NCBI GenBank assembly: GCA_963666205.1
Contig: OY762654.1
Coordinates: 1,120,001-1,184,000 of the forward strand
Reading direction: 5' to 3'
Origin: Synergistales bacterium
GTDB lineage: Bacteria; Synergistota; Synergistia; Synergistales; JAFGMB01
Length of the DNA: 64,000 bases
Shown here: piece after piece, positions 40,707 to 50,623 of the stretch
Layout of the letters: each line of letters opens with the position of its first letter
How positions within the stretch are numbered: position 1 is the stretch's first letter
Program-made: the position numbers and the translations under genes
The notes under the pieces: generated by a model
What the model was told of the DNA's origin: nothing
The model's database searches: none
The model's input: only the letters and a program-made list of their open reading frames with translations

Positions 40707-40945
40707 ACTTTACATCTCCAGTCTCATATTTCTTCAGAAAAATATCCCCTCGGGGATCGGATCAAACATAAGGGTTACGTTACTTTTCTGAAGTCCTGAA
40801 AGTATTTATAATCAGCCTGTATGATCCTGCGCGGAACGGAAGCGAAAATGAAGAGAAATCAGAAATGACGGAGAAAAGCTCGTGGGATTTAAGGGAATTC
40901 ACTCTCCATATCTTATCAGACAAAATATCATATCTTTTAAAGCCC

Positions 40946-40975
40946 GCCAAGCCGGACCCTGAAGCCCGGCTTGGC
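40946..40975. terminator. Hairpin after aldo/keto reductase
   Basis: gccaagccgg ... ccggcttggc. Confidence 0.6.
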
Positions 40976-40989
40976 CATATCGATTCAGA

Positions 40990-42132
40990 CTATTCATCTC
41001 TTTCGAAGAGAGTCACCGTTTCCTTGAGATGTTCCCTTATGCTTATGTGCTGGGGACAGAGGGATTCGCACTGTCCGCATTCAATACAGGCTGATGCCTT
41101 TCCTCCAGCTCTGAGAAAAATGTTATAGGTATTCTTTGCATTCTCGGGATCTTCGAACATATAAGCCATGTTGAGGCGATTAAAACATTCAGGGATATTC
41201 ACTCCTGCAGGACATGGCATACAGTAACGGCAGTTAGTGCAGGGTACTCTCATTCTGTCCCGGTATATATCCCTGACCCTGGAGATCATTTCCATTTCTT
41301 TTTCAGTAAGACCCTCCGCTACTCCTTTCTCAGAAGCCCTGATATTATCCTCCACCTGTTCCATGGTGGACATACCACTGAGCAGAAGAGTTACCTCCGG
41401 GTGATTCCATACCCATCTCAGACCCCAATTGGCGGGAGATGCCTTTTCATTACTCTCATCCCATATCTTCCGGACATCCTCTGGCTGGTTTCTGACAAGA
41501 TGGCCACCCCTGAGGGGCTCCATTACTATAACCCCCAGGTCCTTTGATGCCGCATATTTCAGGCCTTCAGTCCCGGCCTGATAGTTCTCGTCCATGTAGT
41601 TATACTGGATCTGGCAGAAATCCCAGGGAAAAGCATCAACGATCTCCCTGAAAACAGGAAGCTGGTCATGGAAGGAAAAGCCTATATGCCTTATCCTGCC
41701 GTCGGCCTTTGCCTTTTCGATAAAATCGAAGACATCAAGATCGAGCATCCTTGACCATCTATCCTTTGTCAGTCCATGGATCATATAGTAATCAATATGA
41801 TGGGTCTTAAGTTTTTTCAACTGCTCATTGAGGTAAAAATCCATATCTTCCCTGGATCTGATCATCCATGTGGGCAGCTTGGTGGCAAGAAAGATCCTTT
41901 CCCGATATCCATCCTGCAAAGCGAGGCCGACAAGGGGTTCACTTCTTTCATTGTGGTAAGGCCAGGCAGTATCGATATAATTCACACCCTGATCTATGGC
42001 ATAACGGATCATTCTGATAGCTTCAGCTTCGTCAATATTTTCCGGATCATTTCCTAGAAGGGGGAATCGCATGCATCCGAAACCAAGTATGGATAGTTTA
42101 TCCCCGGATCTTTTCATGGTTCTGAAAAGCAT
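40990..42132 (-). CDS. Aldo/keto reductase with C-terminal 4Fe-4S dicluster
   Basis: LGFGCMRFP, DTAWPYH, MEPLRGG; CTNCRYCMPCP and CIECGQCESLCP; alternative start 42156. Confidence 0.93.
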   Translation of the reverse strand: MLFRTMKRSGDKLSILGFGCMRFPLLGNDPENIDEAEAIRMIRYAIDQGVNYIDTAWPYHNERSEPLVGLALQDGYRERIFLATKLPTWMIRSREDMDFYLNEQLKKLKTHHIDYYMIHGLTKDRWSRMLDLDVFDFIEKAKADGRIRHIGFSFHDQLPVFREIVDAFPWDFCQIQYNYMDENYQAGTEGLKYAASKDLGVIVMEPLRGGHLVRNQPEDVRKIWDESNEKASPANWGLRWVWNHPEVTLLLSGMSTMEQVEDNIRASEKGVAEGLTEKEMEMISRVRDIYRDRMRVPCTNCRYCMPCPAGVNIPECFNRLNMAYMFEDPENAKNTYNIFLRAGGKASACIECGQCESLCPQHISIREHLKETVTLFERDE

Positions 42133-42152
42133 ATTTTCAACACTCCTTCTGT

Positions 42153-42404
42153 TCAATATTTAAGTAACAGGGCTATTCTGTTACCTGGATTTTTCCTGGC
42201 ATCCCTGATATATGCCTCCACAACACCTGAAGGCATATTATAAAGACGCGTTTTTGCAGATACCACCCTTTTCACTTCTTCCCAGAAATCCGTCCCTCCA
42301 TGGATTAAATTTCTTTCCTCTTCCATGGGGATCATACTGAAAAGGACCATGGTATCCGGATCCAGTTTACGATCTGATATCACCTCAATGCTCCACTGAG
42401 GCAT
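42153..42404 (-). CDS. Hypothetical protein
   Basis: 83 aa, packed between the hydrolase and AKR genes. Confidence 0.6.
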   Translation of the reverse strand: MPQWSIEVISDRKLDPDTMVLFSMIPMEEERNLIHGGTDFWEEVKRVVSAKTRLYNMPSGVVEAYIRDARKNPGNRIALLLKY

Positions 42405-42406
42405 TT

Positions 42407-43648
42407 TCAGGTCCTCTCCGAATCAGGAACCTGCCCTGCCAGTTCGAGCATTGACTTGAGAAGAACATCTGCGCCCCGGTCAACATCTTTCCAGTCAGTT
42501 CTTTCCTCTGGACAGTGACTTCGCCCCCCGATCGAAGGAACAAAGATCATGGCTGTCGGGCACAGGCGATGCATAAACTGGGCATCATGTCCTGCACCGC
42601 TGGGAAGATTCATGTAACTGTACCCGCTTTTTCTGGCAACTCTCTCCACAAGATGGACCATAGAGAGGGGAAACCGTATGGGGAAGGCATCTACTCTCTT
42701 TTCCAGATGTAAATCAAGACCATGTTTTTCTGCTATTTTCGTCACCAGGTTCGCTACCCTTTCCTTACCACTTTCGAAGAGCTTTTTATCATACTGGCGA
42801 AAATCAATGGTGAACCAGGTTTCTGCAGGGATAACGTTAACTACATCAGGAAGGGGATGAAGCCTTCCAACGGTGGACCTGGTATCATTACCCAGTTCTT
42901 CGGCAAGCTTTCTCAGTTCACAGCACAATTCAGCAGCAGCAAGCAGGCTGTCCTTCCGATATTCAAGAGGTGTTGTTCCAGCGTGATTGGCCTCTCCTGT
43001 GTAGGCCCCATACCACCAGGCTATTCCCTGGATCCCCTGGACAATCCCTATATCCATACCCTCACGATGAAGGACAGGCCCCTGTTCTACATGAAGTTCA
43101 AGGTATGCAGAAGCTTCCAGCCTGTCATTACCCGAATAGCCCATATCTTCAAGAGCCATCCCTACTGTGACATGGTCATCATCCATGGAACCCAGTGCTC
43201 TTTCAAGGTCCAGCAATCCTGCAGCGAACATACTGCCCATCATGTCGGGTTGAAAGCGGGCGCCTTCCTCGTTGGTAAAAGCAGCTACAGCAAGGGGTTT
43301 TTCAGTACATATATTGTGGTCATTGAGGGTCCTTATAACCTCAAGGGCTGCCAGCACTCCCAGGGCTCCATCAAACATTCCGGCATTTTTGACGGTATCC
43401 AGATGGGACCCCGCCATGACCGGTTTAGCCTTCATGTCCCTTCCCTTTCTTATTCCCCAGATATTACCCACCGGGTCAATGCATACCCGCAGTCCTGACT
43501 CTTCAAGCCAACGAACAAAAAGGTTACGTCCCTCCCGGTCCTCCTGACTCAGAGTCAGACGGGTCCTGCCCGCACCGGGATCATTTAGTCCTATCTCCCC
43601 CATCTCTTCGAGGGATCTTTTCAATCTTTCTGAATTTATACTGATCAT
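42407..43648 (-). CDS. Zn-dependent hydrolase (M20; N-carbamoyl-amino acid/allantoate amidohydrolase-like)
   Basis: GSHLDTV, FDGALG, NEEGARF, ELHVEQGP, HAGTTP, SGAGHDA. Confidence 0.93.
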   Translation of the reverse strand: MISINSERLKRSLEEMGEIGLNDPGAGRTRLTLSQEDREGRNLFVRWLEESGLRVCIDPVGNIWGIRKGRDMKAKPVMAGSHLDTVKNAGMFDGALGVLAALEVIRTLNDHNICTEKPLAVAAFTNEEGARFQPDMMGSMFAAGLLDLERALGSMDDDHVTVGMALEDMGYSGNDRLEASAYLELHVEQGPVLHREGMDIGIVQGIQGIAWWYGAYTGEANHAGTTPLEYRKDSLLAAAELCCELRKLAEELGNDTRSTVGRLHPLPDVVNVIPAETWFTIDFRQYDKKLFESGKERVANLVTKIAEKHGLDLHLEKRVDAFPIRFPLSMVHLVERVARKSGYSYMNLPSGAGHDAQFMHRLCPTAMIFVPSIGGRSHCPEERTDWKDVDRGADVLLKSMLELAGQVPDSERT

Positions 43649-43802
43649 CCTGATAACTGAACCTCCTCTGAAACGAACCTGATCATCGGGATATTTTACA
43701 CCAAAACAGTATTACACCCTAGGGTATACATCGTAATTATGTTAACATAGCGAGAAGATAATATCTATTTAACCTGATAATATTATGAAAGGAGAATAAG
43801 GC

Positions 43803-44396
43803 ATGAAATATCTTGTAATATACACACATCCAAATCCCAAAAGCTTCAATCACGCAATCCTGGAAACGGTAATTGAAGAGCTCGATCATGCTGGAGCAGA
43901 ATATGAAATAAGAGACCTTTGCGCTGAATCCTTTGATCCGTTACTTGTAAATTCCGACCTCGAAGCCCTTCAGACAGGTATAACTTCTGAAGATATCGCC
44001 CTTGAGCAGAAAATGATTTCCGAAGCGGATATGCTTATCCTCATTTTTCCTGTGTGGTGGTTCAACATGCCTGCAATTCTGAAGGGATATATGGACAGGG
44101 TTTTTTCTGAAGGTTTTGCATTCGAAATCACAGAAAAAGGGGTATCAGGCCTTCTTGGAGGCAGAAGGGCAGCCATTTTCAATACTACGGGAGGCACCAG
44201 GGACACCTATCAAAATTACGGCTACGGTGATGCCTTCCGAAAATGCGTCTGTGAAGGGATCTTCAGATTTTGCGGAATGGAAGTCATACTTCAGCATTTT
44301 CTATATGCCGTTCCAGCAGTTAGCACGGAAGAAAGAGAAAAAATGCTTGAAGAGGTAAGGGGCCTTATGAGAAAGACTGTGATAATTAACAGTTAA
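43803..44396 (+). CDS. NAD(P)H-dependent oxidoreductase, flavodoxin-like fold (quinone reductase type)
   Basis: HPNPKSFN, FPVWWFNMPAILKGYMDRVF, TTGG. Confidence 0.92.
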   Translation: MKYLVIYTHPNPKSFNHAILETVIEELDHAGAEYEIRDLCAESFDPLLVNSDLEALQTGITSEDIALEQKMISEADMLILIFPVWWFNMPAILKGYMDRVFSEGFAFEITEKGVSGLLGGRRAAIFNTTGGTRDTYQNYGYGDAFRKCVCEGIFRFCGMEVILQHFLYAVPAVSTEEREKMLEEVRGLMRKTVIINS

Positions 44397-45771
44397 AAGA
44401 CGGGATCCTTTTATCTAAACCATTTGTGGTGACAGCTTTATCGATAAACATAACTCCAGCTTTTTCCGGGTTTTTCTTTTTGGACTCCTTGTGGCGATAC
44501 ATTTCAAGGTCCGCTTCCATGATCAGCCTGTCTATGGATACTTCGGGAAAGGAAACCTGTTCTTTCAGAACAGAACCAATACTTATGTCGAGGATCCCGG
44601 CAAAGCTTGTTTCGCTGAACCAGTTATGAAACTCCATAGAGATCCTCTTCTCCAGAGATTGAAGACCTTGCCTGTCAATAGAAGTGAAAATGAGAAATTC
44701 GTCACCTCCTATCCTAGCTGTTATATCGCTCTTTCTGCATATCCTCAGGAGAAGAAGACCCATCTGCTGGATAACGTGGTCGCCAATACTATGGCCAAAC
44801 CGGTCGTTGATGGACTTGAAATTATCCATATCGATCATCAGACAGCCGATGGGACGGCCCTCCCTCGAAACCCTGGCCAGCATTCCTTCGGACAATTCCA
44901 TAAGACCTATTCTGTTATAAAGACCTGTAAGGGGATCCCTCATGCTTGCTGTTTTCAATTGTTTGAATATCCGTTCAAAGGGATTATCCAGACCGGATAT
45001 GATGATCCCTTCATATATCAGATAAAATGAAACCAGTTTAAATATATGACCCATAATATTCAGTAATCCGTGAGAATCACTGTAGAGGGTAAAAGAAAGC
45101 TCCGAGACAATGGTAAAAACAATTGAAAGAAGAAGGGCTTTCCTGACCGTTTCACTGGTTGTAAGATCTTTTTTCTGCCTGATAACAACAAAGGCGGCGA
45201 TCAGTATAAGAGAGATAAGGTATTCGTTCAGTATCTTGAAAAGGGTAAGGCCTTCGGAAGCTGTATAACATGTGGGGAATATATTCCATTTGAAAATCGA
45301 GGCAAGAACTGTAATTATTATGACACCAAAAATACAGGTTAATGTGAGTCTGCTGATCCTTTTTTTAGCAATAAAAGGCACGATCAGGAGAGATAGTCCT
45401 TCAATGTAACGGGCACTTATCCATAGCTGGGCCGCCATATCTGTCCCCGAAAGGTGTAGAACACCCATGCCTTCGTAGACAAGGGTATGGATAAGATCTA
45501 TAAAACCAATCGCACAATAAGCATGCCCCAGAAAGAAGAGTATATTATCCCTGGAATATCTGTAGGTTCTTACAGAAAGGATATAAATAAGCATGGCCAC
45601 CATTATTGACCAGCCCTCTACAATAATATGAGAGAAAAGGAAGTTGATCCTTGCAAGAAGAAAGATCCCTATCGAAGAAAACATAAGGGCTCCTGTAAAT
45701 TCAGGACTCATAAGAGATCGTTCATCCTCATGGCTTAAAGAGTTATGAATTTCCATTTTCCACTCCTGCAT
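44386..45771 (-). CDS. Membrane diguanylate cyclase (MASE3-like sensor + GGDEF)
   Basis: Multi-TM N-terminus (DLIHTLVYEGM, QLWISARY); DPLTGL, DMDNFKSIND, RKSD I-site, GGDEF; start 45771 or 45756. Confidence 0.92.
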   Translation of the reverse strand: MQEWKMEIHNSLSHEDERSLMSPEFTGALMFSSIGIFLLARINFLFSHIIVEGWSIMVAMLIYILSVRTYRYSRDNILFFLGHAYCAIGFIDLIHTLVYEGMGVLHLSGTDMAAQLWISARYIEGLSLLIVPFIAKKRISRLTLTCIFGVIIITVLASIFKWNIFPTCYTASEGLTLFKILNEYLISLILIAAFVVIRQKKDLTTSETVRKALLLSIVFTIVSELSFTLYSDSHGLLNIMGHIFKLVSFYLIYEGIIISGLDNPFERIFKQLKTASMRDPLTGLYNRIGLMELSEGMLARVSREGRPIGCLMIDMDNFKSINDRFGHSIGDHVIQQMGLLLLRICRKSDITARIGGDEFLIFTSIDRQGLQSLEKRISMEFHNWFSETSFAGILDISIGSVLKEQVSFPEVSIDRLIMEADLEMYRHKESKKKNPEKAGVMFIDKAVTTNGLDKRIPSFNC

Positions 45772-45784
45772 AAATATCCCCCCA

Positions 45785-45818
45785 TAAAAAACGCCTTCAG
45801 CCAGTGGGCCAAAGGCGC
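45785..45818 (-). terminator. Riboswitch expression-platform terminator
   Basis: Minus strand gcgcctttggc-ccactg-gctgaaggcgt followed by a T run. Confidence 0.8.
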
Positions 45819-45840
45819 ATAAATTTCCTGTATATGCACT

Positions 45841-45925
45841 TTTCGGCAACCCGGCTATCTATTCCTCTGGATTTAGACCCGTGGCTTTGCGTCGCCGCCT
45901 CTCGACGGTTTTGCCTTTTCGAAGT
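45841..45925 (-). ncRNA. c-di-GMP-I (GEMM) riboswitch
   Basis: Minus strand AAAGGCAAAACCGTCGAGAGGCGGCGACGCAAAGCCACGGGTCTAAA...AGATAGCCGGGTTGCCGAAA shows the GGCAAA, GNRA loop, GACGCAAAG, CTAA and GTTGCCG hallmarks. Confidence 0.9.
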
Positions 45926-46057
45926 ATTCGAAACTAACGTTGACATAGAAAGGTTACTACATAAATTTCAAGATAGTTATTACTCCATGATCATATATCC
46001 CGGGACTTTCAGACCATGTTCAAGGGGACTTTCAGACTGAAATTAAGTATAGCTGAT

Positions 46058-46570
46058 CTACTCAGGACATTCCTGGAGGTAGTTATTTACTATTTCAACT
46101 ACCCGTGCGATAACTTCCTCCTTTTCATGCCTTCGAAGGACAATACATTCCCGTGCCGGTGCATTACAGAGGAGACACTTCCTCGGAGGAAGGCTGAGCT
46201 GCTCACGTGAAATACATGACCTGTCAATATCCATCACATCAAGATCCATTAAACGTCCTGCTGGATGGACCTCTTCAAAGGCCAATGTCAGTTTTTTTGC
46301 ATTGACTGCCTCTGAATCCACAACAAGAAATGCTTCAGGACCATCCGCATCAACTCGCGATTCAATTTTAAGGATAGGAAGTTCATTATCCTTAAAATAC
46401 TGGATCAGCTCAGATAACAGTTTTTCATGAGCCTTGAGAAAGATGCTGCTGGTTTTATCCGAACCGGGAAGATTCATGCAAAAAGTAACAAGGGGTTTCC
46501 CTGTCTTGTTGACCAGGTCTAACCGGTGTTCCCATCTGGCTTCCCTGGCTTCCAGAACCTTTTTTAACAT
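46058..46570 (-). CDS. citX: Citrate lyase holo-ACP synthase CitX
   Basis: LEARE, NLPG, GPEA, GRLMDLDV, RKCLLC...C...RRH. Confidence 0.92.
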   Translation of the reverse strand: MLKKVLEAREARWEHRLDLVNKTGKPLVTFCMNLPGSDKTSSIFLKAHEKLLSELIQYFKDNELPILKIESRVDADGPEAFLVVDSEAVNAKKLTLAFEEVHPAGRLMDLDVMDIDRSCISREQLSLPPRKCLLCNAPARECIVLRRHEKEEVIARVVEIVNNYLQECPE

Positions 46571-47814
46571 GCTCTCACAACTGACCTGTCATTAACAAGA
46601 GACATTTTTTCAGGACTGGACACACACTGATCAATCGCGTTTTTTACAATATCAGGAGAAATAGAGTGGACACACCATCTATCTCCCTTACACGCAAGTT
46701 TGCCTTTTACAACACAGGGCGAACATGGGATATTACAGAAAAGGCTCCAGACATTTGGACCTAAGGGGGCAAACTTGTCCAGCCTTTCAAAAGGAGCAAA
46801 AACAAGAGTCCTGACCCCCAGTGCTGCCGCAAGGTGACCTCCCCCGCTCATGCAGGAGAAACTGAGTACACACTTCTTCAGGCAGGCCATGGATAAAAAT
46901 ATGGAATCCTTTTCAGACAACTCAAATTGAGTCCAATCAATGAGAAAAGAACGGCCTCCAATTTTATCCCGCATTTTTTTCAATTCTTCGATTTCTGAAG
47001 TGGCTCCCATGAGAATAATGGAATATCCATTGTTAACAAGCACTTCACCCAGTTTAATGAAATGTTCCCTGGGCCAACTTCTACAATCGTTCATTTCAGC
47101 AGTAAAGGGGAAAAGGGCTATGGTCCTATCCATTTCATTCTTCTGAAAGAATGCATTGACTCTATCTTGTATGGCTATAGGAACGGACAGGATATGAAGT
47201 GGATAAACAAGGGGAATGCCAAGTCTTTTTAGAATAACTGCGATCTGAAAAGTTGCATGAACCTTATTTCTACCTGATTCATCGATCTTCCAGTCACTAA
47301 AAATGGAACCACTCGAATAACCTATGTTTTTTTCGGGTGAGAGGACCGTCTTAAGGGCCACCGAAGGAAGAAATTGCCTTTGAGTGTCTATGAGGAGATC
47401 TATCTTACCCATCTTTCTTTTCAATTTGCCCCATCTGATATATTCAGGTAAAGACCAGGGTCTGTGTTTCATTCTCTTGACGTCAAAAATGGAATCCACA
47501 AGCTTATCCCCGGTTATCAGTGCTCTTGCAGGTGGGACAGGATTTCCCATAAGTTCTATATGGGAGGAAGGGAAAGCTTTTCTAAGGGAATTGAGGAATG
47601 GATTAAGCATCACATAATCACCCAATTTAAGATTGCCAACATACAAGACCACATTTGTTACCTCTTTGAGGTTTTCAATAGCAGGATCCATATTCCACTT
47701 TTGATAAATATCTTCCGGATAATCATTGAAAGAATGGTGCCTGTTAAGCTGCACCTGACCTTCGATGTTAAGATACGAAGGTACAGGCCATTGATCTATG
47801 GTTTCAAAGGACAT
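46564..47814 (-). CDS. Glycosyltransferase family 9 (heptosyltransferase-like)
   Basis: LGDYVM, RSWPREHF, SGGGHLAAALG, CSPC...C motifs. Confidence 0.85.
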   Translation of the reverse strand: MSFETIDQWPVPSYLNIEGQVQLNRHHSFNDYPEDIYQKWNMDPAIENLKEVTNVVLYVGNLKLGDYVMLNPFLNSLRKAFPSSHIELMGNPVPPARALITGDKLVDSIFDVKRMKHRPWSLPEYIRWGKLKRKMGKIDLLIDTQRQFLPSVALKTVLSPEKNIGYSSGSIFSDWKIDESGRNKVHATFQIAVILKRLGIPLVYPLHILSVPIAIQDRVNAFFQKNEMDRTIALFPFTAEMNDCRSWPREHFIKLGEVLVNNGYSIILMGATSEIEELKKMRDKIGGRSFLIDWTQFELSEKDSIFLSMACLKKCVLSFSCMSGGGHLAAALGVRTLVFAPFERLDKFAPLGPNVWSLFCNIPCSPCVVKGKLACKGDRWCVHSISPDIVKNAIDQCVSSPEKMSLVNDRSVVRAC

Positions 47815-47949
47815 AAGTAAATCCTCCTAATCATGGAAATACAGTTTTATTCTATACTTAATAAAGATAATAATATCCCCAATCAGCAAAAAAGGAAGCC
47901 CTCTCCATGGAAAATCCATCAACCAAAGGGAAAGAAGTGAAAAGAAAAA

Positions 47950-48216
47950 CTATTCAAGGGACCGGGAAATAGCCGTTTCGAGTCTTGCCCGCAGTGTACA
48001 TTCAAGGGCTCCCCTGTCCTGGACATTTACGAGTCCTGAATCTATTCCGCTGCTTTTCAGCAATTCTTCCGCAATTCTGCGAATCCTCCGGCCAAACTGT
48101 TTTTCCACAATACTACTGAACACTATATGGAATCCCCCACTCCGAACCGGTCCAGGAGTGACCAGAACGTAACTTGACTCGAGAGAACCAGCTGAAGCAC
48201 TTTTGATTATTTCCAA
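47950..48216 (-). CDS. citD: Citrate lyase acyl carrier protein CitD (possibly degenerate)
   Basis: AGSLESS with Ser14, VEKQFG, DRGALECTLRARLETA. Confidence 0.85.
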   Translation of the reverse strand: MEIIKSASAGSLESSYVLVTPGPVRSGGFHIVFSSIVEKQFGRRIRRIAEELLKSSGIDSGLVNVQDRGALECTLRARLETAISRSLE

Positions 48217-48239
48217 AACTACCGCCTCCGTGAGGAATA

Positions 48240-49286
48240 TTAATGTCTGGATGTACTGGTACGTATTTTATCTATTATTCCCGAGGCATCCCGGGAAACA
48301 AGATATTCATATGTGGTGGGTGGAACAAGTTCTCCAAGTCCTTCCATATTTCCATCCCTTATATACTGTCTTACAGTAGATGCACTGATGGCTACGTCTC
48401 CCAGAGCTTTCCTGGGGATCACCACAAGTTCCATGCCAAATTGAGGAAGGATCTTTTTCATATGTTCGTTATAGGTAGAAGTTACCGGACAATAGGGTTC
48501 CTCCCCGACATACCTTTTCACTGCCTTGAGAGAAGGAGCTATATGTCTGCCGAAGATAGTAAGGTCAAGGGTAGCATGAGAAGATGTAAATCTGTCATCC
48601 CTCGTAAAGTAGGAGGGAAAGGTAAGGTTGGATATAACATAATCGCCCCCTGTGAGGACTGAAACGTTATCCAGATCCCGGACACCTTTCTTTACCAGGT
48701 CCAGTCTTACATTGAACGGGAAAAGAGACCTGTCTTCCTGGACCAGTATCACGTAAAGCCAGGGACTCTCAACGGCAGCTTTCTCAATGAGATAACGATG
48801 CCCCTTCGTGAAGGGATTACAGTTCACTACCACACAGGAAGCATTCTCGGGCTTATCTCTGGAAATTCCCCGAAGGGTCTCTTTGAATTCCTCAATACCA
48901 TGCCGGCCCCATTCAAGGAGCGAAGCATAACCCTCGACAGAAGCTACAAGATGGAAACCCAGACCTTCAAAGAGCCTGGCCTCACTGGACTTGGTAAAGA
49001 TGAAGAGTTTTTCCTTTCCCAGTGAAATCGCCTTCTTCATAAGGGAAGTAATGATCTTTGCAGACAGCCCTTCGCCATGCAACGAAGGATCAATACCGAC
49101 TCCCTGGATAATATTACCCACCAGGGAGCCGGTTCCGATCAGATTATCTTCGCTGTCATAGAGACCCGTTGTATATTCAATATTCTCCGGGACACCCAGT
49201 GCAAGAGAAGAAAGAAGTTTTTCCACATCTCTGAATTCAAAGGCGTTATCCCGCTTGATCTCCCTTTCAGTTAACACGACAGACAA
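48240..49286 (-). CDS. citC: [Citrate (pro-3S)-lyase] ligase CitC
   Basis: GNAT-like N-terminus, NCNPFTKGHRYL, TFPSYF, RYVGEEP, ISASTVR. Confidence 0.95.
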   Translation of the reverse strand: MSVVLTEREIKRDNAFEFRDVEKLLSSLALGVPENIEYTTGLYDSEDNLIGTGSLVGNIIQGVGIDPSLHGEGLSAKIITSLMKKAISLGKEKLFIFTKSSEARLFEGLGFHLVASVEGYASLLEWGRHGIEEFKETLRGISRDKPENASCVVVNCNPFTKGHRYLIEKAAVESPWLYVILVQEDRSLFPFNVRLDLVKKGVRDLDNVSVLTGGDYVISNLTFPSYFTRDDRFTSSHATLDLTIFGRHIAPSLKAVKRYVGEEPYCPVTSTYNEHMKKILPQFGMELVVIPRKALGDVAISASTVRQYIRDGNMEGLGELVPPTTYEYLVSRDASGIIDKIRTSTSRH

Positions 49287-49310
49287 CTCCTTTTAAAAAT
49301 TATCTAAAGT

Positions 49311-50612
49311 CTACCTCACCATCATTCTAGGTAAGAATAATACAATATCCGGGAAAAATGTTAAAAGAGCCGTGACTGCGAGGAGCATAACAAAAAAAGG
49401 AAGGGCCGCGACTGCTATCTTCCCGATATCGTCATCTATAAGTCCATTGATAACAAAAAGGTTAAAACCTACCGGAGGAGTTATCTGGGCGAGCTGGATC
49501 ATTATTACAAGGTAGATGCCGAACCAGATGGGATCAAAACCTGCCTGGTTTATAAGGGGAAGAGCTATGGGAAGGCTCATTACTATCATTGAAAATCCAT
49601 CCAGAAGACAACCCATGACGAGATACATTATGGAAAGAATGAGGATAAGAGTATACCTTGATAGTCCCAGACCGCTTACAAAAGCGGTAAGGCTGGTGGC
49701 TATTCCCAGGTAGCCCACCGCAACGGATAGAAAGGCTGCTCCGCATACTATCCACATTATCATGCAGCTGGTCTTTACAGATCCCATAAGGGCATCCTTA
49801 AAGATCTGCCAGGTAAGACTTTTCGTAAGGAGGGCAAAGAACAGAGCCCCTGCCACCCCAACTGCTGCCGCTTCCGTAGGAGTGGCCCATCCGGCATAAA
49901 TGCTTCCAAGGACTATGGTTACAAGTATTATTACCGGGGCAAGAAGGGGTATGGACCTCAGCCGATCCCCCCAGGTATAGGAAAGATCCCCCGCAGGTGC
50001 CAGTTCGGGGTCCTTTACACATCTGTACATAACATAACCGCTGAAAGTAAGGGCTATTATGATACCCGGGATAAAACCGGCTACAAAAAGCTTCCCGATA
50101 CTTACATCGGCCATGATTCCGTATACAAGCATCATCATACTGGGGGGTATGAGGAAGCCAAGAGTACCTGCCCCGGCCAGGGATCCCACACAAAGGGTCC
50201 TGTCATATCCCCGTTTCCTGAATTCCGGCAGAGTTATTTTACCGACAGTAGCCGTTGTTGCGGCAGAGGAACCGCTGACAGCCGCAAAAAGGGTACTGGC
50301 AAAAACATTCACGTGGATAAGCCTGCCGGGGATCCTGTCCATCCATGGCGATAACCCGTTGAACAGGTTTTCGGATATCTTGCTGCGAAACAGGATCTCC
50401 CCCATGAACACGAAAAGAGGAAGGGCCATCATGGTAGAACCGCTGGTGTTATTCCATACGATATTTGACATTATGGTAAGAGCAGGAAGGTCAGTAAAGA
50501 TTATCAATCCAAGAAGTCCCACCATGAAAAGAGATATACCTATCCAGACCGTACCACCCAGGAAAAGGAAAAGGAAGGCCAGTAAAGCAGCTGACTTAAC
50601 GAAAAGATCCAT
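49311..50612 (-). CDS. dctM: TRAP transporter large permease DctM
   Basis: AAVSGSSAAT, LIPPS, TPTEAA, ITPPVG. Confidence 0.95.
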   Translation of the reverse strand: MDLFVKSAALLAFLFLFLGGTVWIGISLFMVGLLGLIIFTDLPALTIMSNIVWNNTSGSTMMALPLFVFMGEILFRSKISENLFNGLSPWMDRIPGRLIHVNVFASTLFAAVSGSSAATTATVGKITLPEFRKRGYDRTLCVGSLAGAGTLGFLIPPSMMMLVYGIMADVSIGKLFVAGFIPGIIIALTFSGYVMYRCVKDPELAPAGDLSYTWGDRLRSIPLLAPVIILVTIVLGSIYAGWATPTEAAAVGVAGALFFALLTKSLTWQIFKDALMGSVKTSCMIMWIVCGAAFLSVAVGYLGIATSLTAFVSGLGLSRYTLILILSIMYLVMGCLLDGFSMIVMSLPIALPLINQAGFDPIWFGIYLVIMIQLAQITPPVGFNLFVINGLIDDDIGKIAVAALPFFVMLLAVTALLTFFPDIVLFLPRMMVR

Positions 50613-50623
50613 CCCTATCCCCC

